64,000 nt of DNA from Candidatus Omnitrophota bacterium (GTDB lineage Bacteria; Omnitrophota; Gorgyraeia; 1-14-0-20-64-10), in contig JACOVG010000027.1 of the NCBI GenBank assembly GCA_016177405.1, positions 14,733 through 78,732 of the forward strand. Direction: 5' to 3'. Of the stretch, positions 40,701-49,770 are shown piece after piece; position 1 is the stretch's first letter; each line of letters starts with the position of its first letter. Under the pieces are notes generated by a model. It saw only the letters and a list, made by a program, of their open reading frames with translations. It ran no database searches and was not told where the DNA came from. A program made the translations under genes and the position numbers.

Positions 40701-43700
40701 GAGCTCGGGGCCGGGCTGCCCCAAAAAGGGGCTCCAGTTTATGGGCCACATGAAGGTGGCCCGAAAACTTCGGGGTTGGAGGAGACGGAGGGGAAACCCA
40801 AATCGACGGAGGAGTGGTTTCAAGCGGGGCTTGAATTTCTCCAGGAGAAGGATTTTCCATCGGCCGCTATCGCCTTCAGGGCGGTCACGGATCTGGATCC
40901 TGGCCTGGGAGAGGCGTGGTCGAATTTGGCCATTGCTCTTCTTGAGCAAGGCCTGTTGGAAGAAGCCCTTGCGGCCTCCCAGAAGGCCGTTATTCACCTG
41001 CCAAATTGCGCTGCGTGTTGGCTTATTCTCGGAAACATCCACCGCAACGCGGGCCGCCTCTCCAAGGCCATCAATGCTTATGGGACCGCTCTCGAGCTTG
41101 ATCCCAAGTTGTCCCAAGCCCATTCCCAGCTGGGTTTAACCTATCATCGAATGGCAGTTCTTATTTTGGGACGCCAACCCCCTCCTGATAGTGCCGAAAG
41201 CGAGACCGCTAAAGAATGGCTTCATCTGGCGAAAGAGGCCTACAAAGCGGCCATCGGCTTGAATCCGGATGACCCGCTGACCTTGAACAACCTTGGAAAT
41301 GTTTTCTTAAGCCTGGGCGATCCGGCTTCGGCAGAGGAAAACCTCCGGGGCGCCGTCATGGCCGATCCGGAATATCTGAACCCGTGGATCAACCTGGGCC
41401 ATCTCTACAGAGAAACCGGCCGCTTTTCCGACGCGGCAAAGGCCCTCTGTGAGGTGCTCAAGCTTAAGCCGGAGGACTTTGACGCCTGGGATTTGTTCCT
41501 CAAGATGAGACTGGATTCGCGGGGGCAGGGGCTGGAACGGATTGGCCGCCTTCACCTGATCTGGCACTCCATCTTGAGGTTCTCAAGAGCAGCAAAATCA
41601 CCGGAAGAAATGCCTGAACTTGCCAGGCGGCTGGAGGATGTGAAAAACCACGGGTTCCTCCCAAGCGATGTTCCCTTCATTCTCGGCATACCTGGCGGCT
41701 CTCCCGAGAGGATGTGGAGTTTGTTCTTTGAAAAGAAGGCAATCCGGAAACGGTTCCTGGCGCTGGGCGGGATACTCATTGCCATGGACGGCGCCTGGAG
41801 GACCAACGCGGATGCAGGCCGCTCACTCTCCCCCGATGAGAGAATCAGACAGCTCACAGAAGATACCACCCGAGGCTTGGGAGAGCTCCACACTGAAACA
41901 GGGCTCCCCTTCCTGGATCTCGATGGAGATCCGGAGCTGATGGATGTGATCGCCAGAACGCTCCAGTTCCTATTGTCTCCTCCACCCGAGGCCGGGCTGG
42001 AGGAGAAGATTGAACGATTTGGGGAATTGGTAAGGCAAGCCGGCAAGATCCTCGATGGACAGACGAAGCAAGGCCTCCTGAAGCCCAAGATCCAGCAGAT
42101 TCAAGAAGAAAGGTTCTTCATCGAGGGAGGAATCGCTTACCTTCCGCACCGGCAAGGAAAGGCCGTGGTGATCGGAGACCTCCATGGCGATCTCGAAGCC
42201 CTCCAAAGGACTCTGAAGATGGTAAGAAAGGAAACCGGCTACGACCCCAAGACCAACAAAAACTCCGCCGCTCCGGTCTACCTCGTTTTTGTGGGGGATT
42301 ACCAGGATGCGGGCTCCCAAAGCCTGGAGGTCCTCCTGACCGTTCTGGATCTCTACGCGGAAGACCCGAATCACGTCATCCTTTTGGGGGGTAACCACGA
42401 ACGGGGCCGGGCGCAGTACTGGAGCCCGGACGTGCGGGCGGAGGGCCCTGACTCCCATTGGTTTTTCAAAGACATCAATAAGATCGTGGGCAGAAAAAAA
42501 GGAGGAACGCTTTACGACAGGTGGCATCGGTTGTGCTTAAAGATGCCGGTTTTGGCGGTTGCGTCCCAGGGGCTGGTGGTTGCCCACGCGGGTTCCTCCA
42601 ATACGGTTTTGGAGGGGCCGGGCATCGCTGAAAAATATGGCGAGAAGCTCGATCCCAGGAAGGGACTCTTAGGCATTGCCCAAAGCAGGGATCTCCAGGA
42701 CCAGATCAGCTGGAATCCCATGCCCAGCCCAAAAACAGAAGAAGCGCTTCAACAGGCCCAGCAGGCACCCGATCGGCGCAACGATGCATTCAGGCGGCTT
42801 AATCCCAGGCGGCAAAAGAGAGGTTTTTGGACGGGGCGAGAGGGATTCGATGTCTTCATGGAGGCCATCGGCGGCAAGGTTATGGCGCGGGGGCATGACC
42901 GCCTGGCCCCGTGGTGGGTGACCCTTTTTAACGGCAGGGTGATCACCCTGATTGGGACCCACCACCAGAGCCCCCATTACGGATACCGCAAGGATCAGAT
43001 CACCGCCCGCTTTGCCGTCTTCGACCTTGCCAAGAGCTACGACCGTGTCGATCCCGGGGAAGTGCTCCGATTCCCTTGGGGCAAACCTTCCGCCAAATCC
43101 GGCCTGGAGGAGACGCAGGAGCTGATTGACCGATTGGCCAATTCAGAAGAGCCGATCACCGAGGCAGACGTCCGGGAGCTTAATGGCCATTACCAAGAAC
43201 CTTCCTCTCCAACCTACCGGGAGGCCATGACCTTGCCTCCAAACGCTGAACATGAAGCGGCCGGTGGTTTCCGGCCGGAGGCGCCCATTGCCGAGCAGAT
43301 GAGCGACTTTCTGAAGTGGCTGAATACCGCAGCCGGCAGCCGTCAAGACCCCCGCGTCTATCCGTCGCTGGGGCAGAGCATTCCCGATCGAAAGCCCTGG
43401 AATCTGGATTGGAATGACCCGGCTACCCATGCGGCGATGGCGCACTGGCTTTTCCATCAGGTGATCCATCCCTATGACGATGGAAACGGGCACACCGGCT
43501 GGGCCTTATTGAACATCCTCCGGCGAAGAGCCGGACTGCCGCCGGTTCGGTTCTTAGCGGAGAGAGAAGCCGGCTATCTCAAAACCTTCCGTTTGAATCG
43601 GGATCCCTTTCCGTATCTCCAGTTTATGGAGGAACCGACGGGGATGCAGGCAGAGGGAGGCCTGGAGGAGGGGATGCGGAAGTGGCGCCCGGAGCTGACC

Positions 43701-46004
43701 AGGAGAGTGAGGCAAACCGCCCGGGCGTGGAAAAGGAGGGGATGGCTGCGCTCGACCAGGGCATTCACCCAACCGGTCGTGGAGGCGGCGCGCTATGCCG
43801 AGATAGGCCTTCAAAAATCTCAAGGCAAAATGGGAGGAAGGCAGAGGATTTGGGAAAAGCGACTTCGAACCGTCATGGCCTTCAGCCGCTTTTTGCAGGC
43901 CCTCGAGGCCGATTCCCCTTCCCAGAGCCCCGCGAGAATCCTGGAGGGTTTTTCCCGCGGCCGATCCGGCGAATGGATCGAGTTTCCCGGCTCGGAAGGG
44001 GAGGCATTCCGGGTGAGGGTGGGGATTCGCAGGAGGACCAACCGCGGGGTTGGCCCGCGCAGGGTTGTGCCGCTTATCTCGATGAATTTTGAGGAAGGAT
44101 CTGCCTCGGACGGCCCTTTCCGTCCCATTGGCTCTGTGAGGATTGGTACGGATGAGGACGGAGGCTGGGAAAGGCCCCTGGTTCACCTGGACCTCTCCGA
44201 TCCCGTCAGAGGCGGCAGACAGAGGAATTGGTTTTCGCACGGCGAGATGGCCCTTGCCTGGTCTAACTCGCTAAGGGCTGGCAGGATTCATGAGGCCTTC
44301 GGCGGGTTTCTCAACAAGCTCATCCGCCACATCGAAGCCCTCCCCCGGAAAACAGCCGCTGGGCTGGAGGAGGGGGAAGAGGTGCAGAAGAAATTTAAGG
44401 AAACACTGCTCCGGCTGAATCCGGCTTGGAGACCTTTTATTAACCCTCTCGGTCCCGAACAGCTGAAAGATCTCATGGCCCAACCCTCCCGGGCTTCCCG
44501 ATGGCTGGGCCCACTTTGGGGGGGGATGGGGGGACGTAAGAAAGAACGGATGGAGGCGGAGCTTCAAGAGGCGAAGGGAGTTGCCGATCGTTACGCGCAG
44601 TGGTTAAGGCGGGAGAAACAGAGGCGCTCCTCTCCAGAGGGAATCCGACGCGCGATCGAAGAAGTAAGCCACAGGATTTTCCAATTGGAGCCGCCAGACC
44701 TTCGTGCATCGGTAGGAGAAGTCACGGCAACCATGACTGGCGATCCGCAGTTTTCGGGATTGCGCTACATCCCCATGAGAAGAATGGTCCAGGCGCTTCC
44801 TGTCCTCTCTGAAACGCTGGGGTTGGTCCCAGGCCCAGGCAGGCGCTTTCTGGAGATCGGCGCAGGTCCTGGCGGTGGAATGGGCCTTGTTGCTGCCCTG
44901 AAGGGAATGGAGGTGTTCCTGGTGGAGACCGACCAGCCCTTCGATGTGAATCTGGGTGAAATGAGGGAACATTTTCAACGGATGGACCTCACCTCAGAGA
45001 CGCTGGATCAGATGACGGCGAAAGGTGGAGTGGCGAAGGTAAATCCCCTCGAGAAGCTGGAAAAAACTCTGGCACCCCACCGGGAGGCGATCAAGGCAGC
45101 CAACGGTTCTGTGACCGTCATTCCCGGCGACTTCTCCCGTCCCGAGGTGCAGAAGAAGGTTATTGAGGCCGGACCCTTCTCCATTATTGTGGCAACGGAC
45201 GTAGTCGATCCAGCCGGCGGACAATTTAGAGCCTCACTGGGCGCTACCACAACGGGAGAACCCTCGGCGGCGAGGGCCATTCTCGAGGGATTGGCCAAGG
45301 TGGCGTCGGCTTCCAGTGAGAGGGGGAGATTGTATGTGAGTTTCGTGGGCAGTGAGATGGGTCTCTTGGGCTCAAAGGTTCAAGAGACTTACCAGACCCT
45401 TGAGGAACTCCTTCGAGCCGAGGGTCTTCCGGCAGACCGTTTTGAAATGGCGCCCTCTCCTTCATCAGGGGGAGTTCTTCGGGCTCGGATTTATCGCTTA
45501 GACGGCACCCCCACGGAAGGTTCCTTCCAATCTTTAAGTGAGGTGATGGGGGCCGGGCTGGAGGAGAAGCCGGAATGGGTGCAGGGGATCCGGGCGGCGC
45601 AGAAGCTGGGCAAGGTGGCGGTGCTGTTTGATCTGGAGCTTTTGGCTGAACTGGGAGAAGATGAATTTGCGCTTCGGATGATGCTCGTTGAGCTGGGAGG
45701 CATCTTGCGGAATACCTTGGCTTGGCCCAAAGAATCTAAGCTTCGGCTCGATTTGTCCAGCGAGGCGGATGAATACGTTGGGGAACAGGGGTGGGAGGTG
45801 ATTCGTGTGGTTCGGGATTCGACAAGGGGTGAAGACGAGGAGGCGCTGACCGTGGCCTCACTGCCAGGCATTGTTGCCGAAGCCCTTCAGGCCCTGGCGC
45901 TAGGAGGCGAAATCTTCCCGGTGGTGGTGGGGGTCTATCGAGCGGGGCTGAAAGAGAAAACCTTGCCGGAGGTGTTGTCGGATATGGCCAAGCAATTCGC
46001 GTAA
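37725..46004 (+). CDS. giant GLEE-module exported protein (2759 aa): GNAT / unknown / TPR / PPP-type metallophosphatase / Fic / unknown / SAM methyltransferase / shared C-terminal domain
   Basis: Leader ending AHA|LR; 8 xGLEE motifs; AVHPDFQG; TPR pattern (AWSNLAIAL, TLNNLGNV, WINLGHLY); GDLHGD-GDYQDAG-GNHE; HPYDDGNGH; FLEIGAGPG. Confidence 0.85.
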   Translation: MKTTPMRRFFFLRFVSAFLILTLAVPCPAHALRAEGPTSSKVAAGLEEALGSKAADPPKKSKIDVRTKELSVKDTVLTVQPLSPDDLLNYREDLWELLKLIPTDIPHDETIIDEMRQGKWYDRDLSFAVWDKMSNRPIALATLMISTDPRYKLGTAVILENFAVHPDFQGTPATSWLLHRAFSNAHALLSRLHKGGPLYAHLLTMKGGRPDKLGSERAERFYTKMGGAVKTRIPVGWEVKAGEFEGHVFKNPHLEFEFALPGCLATIEQEFQKKLSSGLEETQAVEVLQWSMEDLREVLRKRGLLRLGQTDDQAAELALKMTLEERFKTRPTKPILLRVLPSNQTQARSLEEIGLQPLVSREDIVSRLELSAYEDHAISRIRLEQEGEHQHLSVPLSKPLKIPGTGQSLVEVRISSGDRRFDQLPEVSRLVQELRERKASASDKRDFLQELPGRLRNGKLRLSHLPAFPLGLREEADVETFARRVQLDPSHSNLLVSEGKAQEAREREERSAKAKPRESLPAEPPKKDKPPAADQESVAQARELARKIAPEAAHALERLLKTLALAASWAGMPPNSKEVEALGEEMRRALEPEQVVRNHVRKGRAPNEEEAKRQLALLEKQLRERMRRLYKTKSRDEVVASFLSQIQRMATEKNWASYWWLDPDVEVPVPEAVTELYLVDPPELDEAATAVLLEATRLLQEALVHHPPEDPKSLLFLRKLQLSGVSYLASKKKLPTELADAFVRDPGTYQGELWLVRQNFWYQKMRTQKISENHTGPPGLVQRAPRKGRVENSSHEIDFGTPGQLSRSSLKKMLLTKMKLVQQPVVSAPRTNGEPAGPTYDDHTRAFILLEVASQPGHFSKPGKLEDERKSFLRVMWIRVSELQRALKQPEPTFKDAYQRGRPFLEAIQIPEEVRRDVLLEDPAAVINLSAIMLEVMARIAQKLSSDFPLEEGLEGSRVLRRELTWRYPAYRPWWPGLAAAGKGQPSAGPSAELGAGLPQKGAPVYGPHEGGPKTSGLEETEGKPKSTEEWFQAGLEFLQEKDFPSAAIAFRAVTDLDPGLGEAWSNLAIALLEQGLLEEALAASQKAVIHLPNCAACWLILGNIHRNAGRLSKAINAYGTALELDPKLSQAHSQLGLTYHRMAVLILGRQPPPDSAESETAKEWLHLAKEAYKAAIGLNPDDPLTLNNLGNVFLSLGDPASAEENLRGAVMADPEYLNPWINLGHLYRETGRFSDAAKALCEVLKLKPEDFDAWDLFLKMRLDSRGQGLERIGRLHLIWHSILRFSRAAKSPEEMPELARRLEDVKNHGFLPSDVPFILGIPGGSPERMWSLFFEKKAIRKRFLALGGILIAMDGAWRTNADAGRSLSPDERIRQLTEDTTRGLGELHTETGLPFLDLDGDPELMDVIARTLQFLLSPPPEAGLEEKIERFGELVRQAGKILDGQTKQGLLKPKIQQIQEERFFIEGGIAYLPHRQGKAVVIGDLHGDLEALQRTLKMVRKETGYDPKTNKNSAAPVYLVFVGDYQDAGSQSLEVLLTVLDLYAEDPNHVILLGGNHERGRAQYWSPDVRAEGPDSHWFFKDINKIVGRKKGGTLYDRWHRLCLKMPVLAVASQGLVVAHAGSSNTVLEGPGIAEKYGEKLDPRKGLLGIAQSRDLQDQISWNPMPSPKTEEALQQAQQAPDRRNDAFRRLNPRRQKRGFWTGREGFDVFMEAIGGKVMARGHDRLAPWWVTLFNGRVITLIGTHHQSPHYGYRKDQITARFAVFDLAKSYDRVDPGEVLRFPWGKPSAKSGLEETQELIDRLANSEEPITEADVRELNGHYQEPSSPTYREAMTLPPNAEHEAAGGFRPEAPIAEQMSDFLKWLNTAAGSRQDPRVYPSLGQSIPDRKPWNLDWNDPATHAAMAHWLFHQVIHPYDDGNGHTGWALLNILRRRAGLPPVRFLAEREAGYLKTFRLNRDPFPYLQFMEEPTGMQAEGGLEEGMRKWRPELTRRVRQTARAWKRRGWLRSTRAFTQPVVEAARYAEIGLQKSQGKMGGRQRIWEKRLRTVMAFSRFLQALEADSPSQSPARILEGFSRGRSGEWIEFPGSEGEAFRVRVGIRRRTNRGVGPRRVVPLISMNFEEGSASDGPFRPIGSVRIGTDEDGGWERPLVHLDLSDPVRGGRQRNWFSHGEMALAWSNSLRAGRIHEAFGGFLNKLIRHIEALPRKTAAGLEEGEEVQKKFKETLLRLNPAWRPFINPLGPEQLKDLMAQPSRASRWLGPLWGGMGGRKKERMEAELQEAKGVADRYAQWLRREKQRRSSPEGIRRAIEEVSHRIFQLEPPDLRASVGEVTATMTGDPQFSGLRYIPMRRMVQALPVLSETLGLVPGPGRRFLEIGAGPGGGMGLVAALKGMEVFLVETDQPFDVNLGEMREHFQRMDLTSETLDQMTAKGGVAKVNPLEKLEKTLAPHREAIKAANGSVTVIPGDFSRPEVQKKVIEAGPFSIIVATDVVDPAGGQFRASLGATTTGEPSAARAILEGLAKVASASSERGRLYVSFVGSEMGLLGSKVQETYQTLEELLRAEGLPADRFEMAPSPSSGGVLRARIYRLDGTPTEGSFQSLSEVMGAGLEEKPEWVQGIRAAQKLGKVAVLFDLELLAELGEDEFALRMMLVELGGILRNTLAWPKESKLRLDLSSEADEYVGEQGWEVIRVVRDSTRGEDEEALTVASLPGIVAEALQALALGGEIFPVVVGVYRAGLKEKTLPEVLSDMAKQFA

Positions 46005-46047
46005 GCAGATTTTTGTTTGACTATGGTTTGCATAATACGCATAATTT

Positions 46048-46446
46048 ATGTCAATGAAGGAAATACACGGAAGATCAGCGGGTACCGGGTTAAAACCTGG
46101 CACCCGGAGAGGGTTGACTCTCTGGCTCGCGGGGATCTTCACCCGGCAGGAGCGGCTGGCCCTGGCCTTCCTGATGGGGGTGAGCGTGGGCGGCTTGCTT
46201 CTCATCGGCTGGGGCAGGCGGCCCCCTTTTCCGGCGCCGGAGCGCGCGGAGCTTGCCGTGGACGTCAACCGGGCGAGCGCGACGGAGCTGGCCGCCCTGC
46301 CGGGAATCGGGCCCAAGCTGGCGGCCCGGATCGCGGAGGACCGGAAACGGCGCGGGCGGTTTCTGACGCTCAACGACTTAAAGCGGGTCAAGGGGGTGAC
46401 GCCGAAAATTATCCAGAGGATCAAAGGGATGGTCTGCTTCAACTGA
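46048..46446 (+). CDS. comEA: ComEA-like helix-hairpin-helix protein (true start may be downstream)
   Basis: TM helix; VDVNRASATELAALPGIGPKLAARI, LKRVKGV. Confidence 0.85.
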   Translation: MSMKEIHGRSAGTGLKPGTRRGLTLWLAGIFTRQERLALAFLMGVSVGGLLLIGWGRRPPFPAPERAELAVDVNRASATELAALPGIGPKLAARIAEDRKRRGRFLTLNDLKRVKGVTPKIIQRIKGMVCFN

Positions 46447-47822
46447 TGCGGGGGCCCCTGGCGTACGCGGCGGCGGCCTTCGCGGCCGGGATCGGGCTGG
46501 CCGGATGGGTTACCCTGCCGCCGGCGTGGCTGGGGCTCTTCCTCTTAATAGGGGCCGCGGCGGCGCTCCTATCCTGGAGGAGGGGCGCCGCGGCGAATAT
46601 CGCCCTGGCGGCCCTGATGGCGATGCTGGGTTTCTTGAGGGCCGAGGTGGACGCCCGGCCGCCCCAGGATTCGGTGGAGCGGCTGATCGCGCGGGAGCCC
46701 AGACCGATCGCGGCGCAGGGGATTCTTGCCAGCTCTCCGGAATGGGCCAGAGCCCCTTCCGGTTTTGTCCGGCGCCGGGCCTGGCTCACTCTCGCGGTGA
46801 TTCGGCAGGGCGAGCGATGGCGCGCCGCCTCCGGCAAGGTGCTCCTTTATTTGCCGGCCAGGGCCGGCCATTTCTCTTACGGCGATCGTCTGGAGCTTGC
46901 CGGCGAAATCCGGGCGAGCCCAGGCCGCTGGATGCGGCTTTCCGGCGCCTGCGGGACGCTGACCGTTTCCGAAGCCGGTGCCATCCGAGGCCTGCCCAGC
47001 CGCCCGTCGGTTTGGGTCCGGTATCGCCGCCGGATCGAGGCGCTCCACGGCCGGCTCACGACACTGGGCCGGTCGTTGCTGGATCAGGAGGGGTCGGCTT
47101 ATCTGGAGGGGCTTCTCTTGGGCAACCGCCAGGGTTTCTCCAAGGAGCTGGCGGAGGCCTTCCGGAAGACCGGCACGGTGCATGTGCTGGTGGTCAGCGG
47201 CCTCAACGTGGGGCTGGTCGGTTTTCTGGGGATGGTGACCCTGTCGTTTCTCCGCCTGCCGAGAAATGCTTGCCATCTCCTCATCGCGGCGGGGCTTATC
47301 AGCTATTGCCTGCTGACAGGAAGCGATCCTCCCATTCTGCGGGCCACCCTCATGGGTGTATTGCTCTGCGCCAGCGCGGCGGCCGGGCGGGAATTCTCCG
47401 GATTCAACGCCCTGGGGGCGGCGGCCCTGGGGATTCTGGGCTGGGATCCGCGCGCCCTGGCCGACGTGGGCTTTCAGCTTTCCTTCGCGGCGGTGGGAGG
47501 AATTTTGCTGGCCGCCCCCTGGGTTGAAAAGGGCCCGCGGATTCTGAAGCCATTCGCCGTTTCTGTGAGCGCGTGGCTGGCGGTGCTGCCCTTGCTGGCC
47601 TGGCATTTCCATCTGGTGACGCCGGTGGCGCCGCTGGCCAACCTCTGGGTGATCCCCTGGGCGTCGTTCCTGATGGCGGTGGGATTCCTCCTGTTTCTCC
47701 TGGCCGGCCTTCATCCGGCGCTGGGCCTGCCGGCCGCCTCGGTCTTCACCTGGATGGCCTGGGTCCTGACCCAGGGGGTCACCTGGTTTTCCCGTTGGCC
47801 GGGAGCGTCTTTTTCCTGGTGA
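46446..47822 (+). CDS. comEC: ComEC/Rec2 competence channel (no C-terminal metallo-beta-lactamase domain)
   Basis: GTVHVLVVSGLNV, PPILRA, VGFQLSFAA, LANL; ATG overlaps the comEA stop. Confidence 0.88.
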   Translation: MRGPLAYAAAAFAAGIGLAGWVTLPPAWLGLFLLIGAAAALLSWRRGAAANIALAALMAMLGFLRAEVDARPPQDSVERLIAREPRPIAAQGILASSPEWARAPSGFVRRRAWLTLAVIRQGERWRAASGKVLLYLPARAGHFSYGDRLELAGEIRASPGRWMRLSGACGTLTVSEAGAIRGLPSRPSVWVRYRRRIEALHGRLTTLGRSLLDQEGSAYLEGLLLGNRQGFSKELAEAFRKTGTVHVLVVSGLNVGLVGFLGMVTLSFLRLPRNACHLLIAAGLISYCLLTGSDPPILRATLMGVLLCASAAAGREFSGFNALGAAALGILGWDPRALADVGFQLSFAAVGGILLAAPWVEKGPRILKPFAVSVSAWLAVLPLLAWHFHLVTPVAPLANLWVIPWASFLMAVGFLLFLLAGLHPALGLPAASVFTWMAWVLTQGVTWFSRWPGASFSW

Positions 47823-47848
47823 GGGAAGGGTGTATACTATCTTTTGCC

Positions 47849-48247
47849 ATGGAAGCCGCGCCCCAGAATTCCGTCGAATCCCCCGTGGAGCGGCGCCGCC
47901 TGCCCCGCCTTCGGACGGTCCTGCCGGTGCAGTTTCGCAGCATCGCGAAACCGGAGGAGCCCTTCAGGGGCTGTCTCTCGAAGGACTTGAGCGCCGGAGG
48001 GATTCGCGTCACCGTGACGGGGTTCCTCGCGAGGGAGGCGAGGCTGGTGCTTCTGTTGTCTCTGCCGGCCCATCTGAAGCCCATCCGGACCATCGCCCAG
48101 GTGGTCTGGGTTCAGAAAAAGTCCTTGACCGAGATCTGCGATTGCGGCATCCGTTTCCTGGAAGTCAGCCCGCAGGACCGAGAGCTGATCGCCGATACGG
48201 TGGAGCGGGGCGTCGTCGGCCGCGTCGGCTCCCGCGATCGGTTTTAA
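47849..48247 (+). CDS. PilZ-domain protein
   Basis: ERRRLPR and DLSAGG c-di-GMP motifs, VVW, GIRF. Confidence 0.85.
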   Translation: MEAAPQNSVESPVERRRLPRLRTVLPVQFRSIAKPEEPFRGCLSKDLSAGGIRVTVTGFLAREARLVLLLSLPAHLKPIRTIAQVVWVQKKSLTEICDCGIRFLEVSPQDRELIADTVERGVVGRVGSRDRF

Positions 48248-48262
48248 CCTCTTTAAGACAAG

Positions 48263-49225
48263 ATGAAAAAGACAATCCGAATTTTAAGTTTCCTTTTCCT
48301 GTGGGCCCTGGCCGCCTCCGAGGTTCAGGCGGCCTGGGTCTGGACGCCCCAGACCCGCCGGTGGGTCAACCCCAAGTACGCCACCAAGGACACGCCCAGC
48401 GCCCAGATGGATTGGGCCTTGGGATTCTTTGAGGATCGGGATTACGCCCGCGCGGCCAAGGAATTCATCCGGCTGGTGCGGGCCTTCCCCCGGTCGGAGA
48501 CGGCCCCGGAGGCGCAGTTTTTGGCGGGGGTTTGCTACGAGCAGTTGGACCAGCAGGGCGGGGCCCTGGCGGCCTACAAGAAGCTGATCGAAACCTACCC
48601 CTTTTCCTCCCGGTTCAAGGACGGCATCGAACGGGAGTTCGCCATCGCCGAGTCCTTCTTTTCCGGCAAGCCCCTGCGCGTTTTTGGGCCGCTCAAGCTG
48701 CCTTCCCTGGACAAGGCGGTAGAGGTTTACGAGCACGTCGTGTCCCAGGCCCCTTACGGCGAGTATGGAGACCGGGCCCAGTTCAGGCTGGGGGAGTGCT
48801 ACCGGAAGCAGGAGCGCTTCGAGGAGGCCAGCCGCGCCTTTCAGAAGCTGATCGATGAATACCCGGCCTCCTCCCTGGTGGAGCAGGCCAAGTACAACAT
48901 GGCCTTCTGCGCCTATCGGCTCTCCTTGAAGCCCAGCTACGATCAGTCGGCCACCGACGAGGCGATCCGCTGGTACGAGCAGTTCATCGCCACCCATCCG
49001 GAGAGCGATCTCATCCCGGAGGCCCAGCAGAGCCTGAAACAGCTCAAGGAGTTCAAGGCGCAGGGGCTGATCCAGATCGCCGAGTTTTATGAGGTCCAGA
49101 ACAAGCTTCGGTCGGCGGCCGTCTACTACCGGCAGTTGATCGAGAGCTACCCCCAGTCTCCGCAGGCGGCCAAGGCGGTTTCCCGGCTGACCGAGCTGGA
49201 GCAATCCGGAGCGCTGAAGCCATGA
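48263..49225 (+). CDS. bamD: outer membrane assembly factor BamD-like TPR protein
   Basis: Signal peptide, TPRs, YDQSATDEAI, IAEFY; precedes lptE-holA. Confidence 0.75.
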   Translation: MKKTIRILSFLFLWALAASEVQAAWVWTPQTRRWVNPKYATKDTPSAQMDWALGFFEDRDYARAAKEFIRLVRAFPRSETAPEAQFLAGVCYEQLDQQGGALAAYKKLIETYPFSSRFKDGIEREFAIAESFFSGKPLRVFGPLKLPSLDKAVEVYEHVVSQAPYGEYGDRAQFRLGECYRKQERFEEASRAFQKLIDEYPASSLVEQAKYNMAFCAYRLSLKPSYDQSATDEAIRWYEQFIATHPESDLIPEAQQSLKQLKEFKAQGLIQIAEFYEVQNKLRSAAVYYRQLIESYPQSPQAAKAVSRLTELEQSGALKP

Positions 49226-49770
49226 GAAAACGGTTCCTCTTGCTGCTTGCCGCTTACTGCCTGCTGCCGCTTTTTCTGTCTTCCTGCGGCTACTCGGTGA
49301 CCCGCCTGCTGCCCGCCAACTACCGGACGATCTACATCGATCCCTTCGCCAACGAGATCCCCTTCACCGAGGAGGTCAGCGAGCGGTCCGGATTTCAGGC
49401 GATCCTGCCCAAGCTGGAGGAGGATGTGACCCGCGGGGTGATCAACCGCTTTTTGTTCGACGGCAACCTCCGGGTCACCACGAAGGCGGACGCCGCGGAC
49501 CTCCGCGTGGCCGGCGTCATTAGGGATTTCTACCGCCAGCCGGTCCGCCGGAAGGACGACGAGACGGTGGAGGAGTACCGGCTCAATCTCGTGGCCTCGG
49601 TCGTCTGCCGCGACCGGGAAGGGAAGGTCCTCTTCGATGAGCCCAACCTGATCGGCGACGCGACCTACTTCGCGAGCGGCTCCTCGGCCGTGCCGGAGTC
49701 GGCCGCGGTGGACAACCTCATCACCGATTTCTCCCGCCGGGTGGTGGAGCGGGTCGTTGAAAACTGGTAA
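49222..49770 (+). CDS. lptE: LptE-like lipoprotein
   Basis: Lipobox LSSC-GY, TIYIDPFAN, EEYRL; between bamD and holA. Confidence 0.75.
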   Translation: MRKRFLLLLAAYCLLPLFLSSCGYSVTRLLPANYRTIYIDPFANEIPFTEEVSERSGFQAILPKLEEDVTRGVINRFLFDGNLRVTTKADAADLRVAGVIRDFYRQPVRRKDDETVEEYRLNLVASVVCRDREGKVLFDEPNLIGDATYFASGSSAVPESAAVDNLITDFSRRVVERVVENW

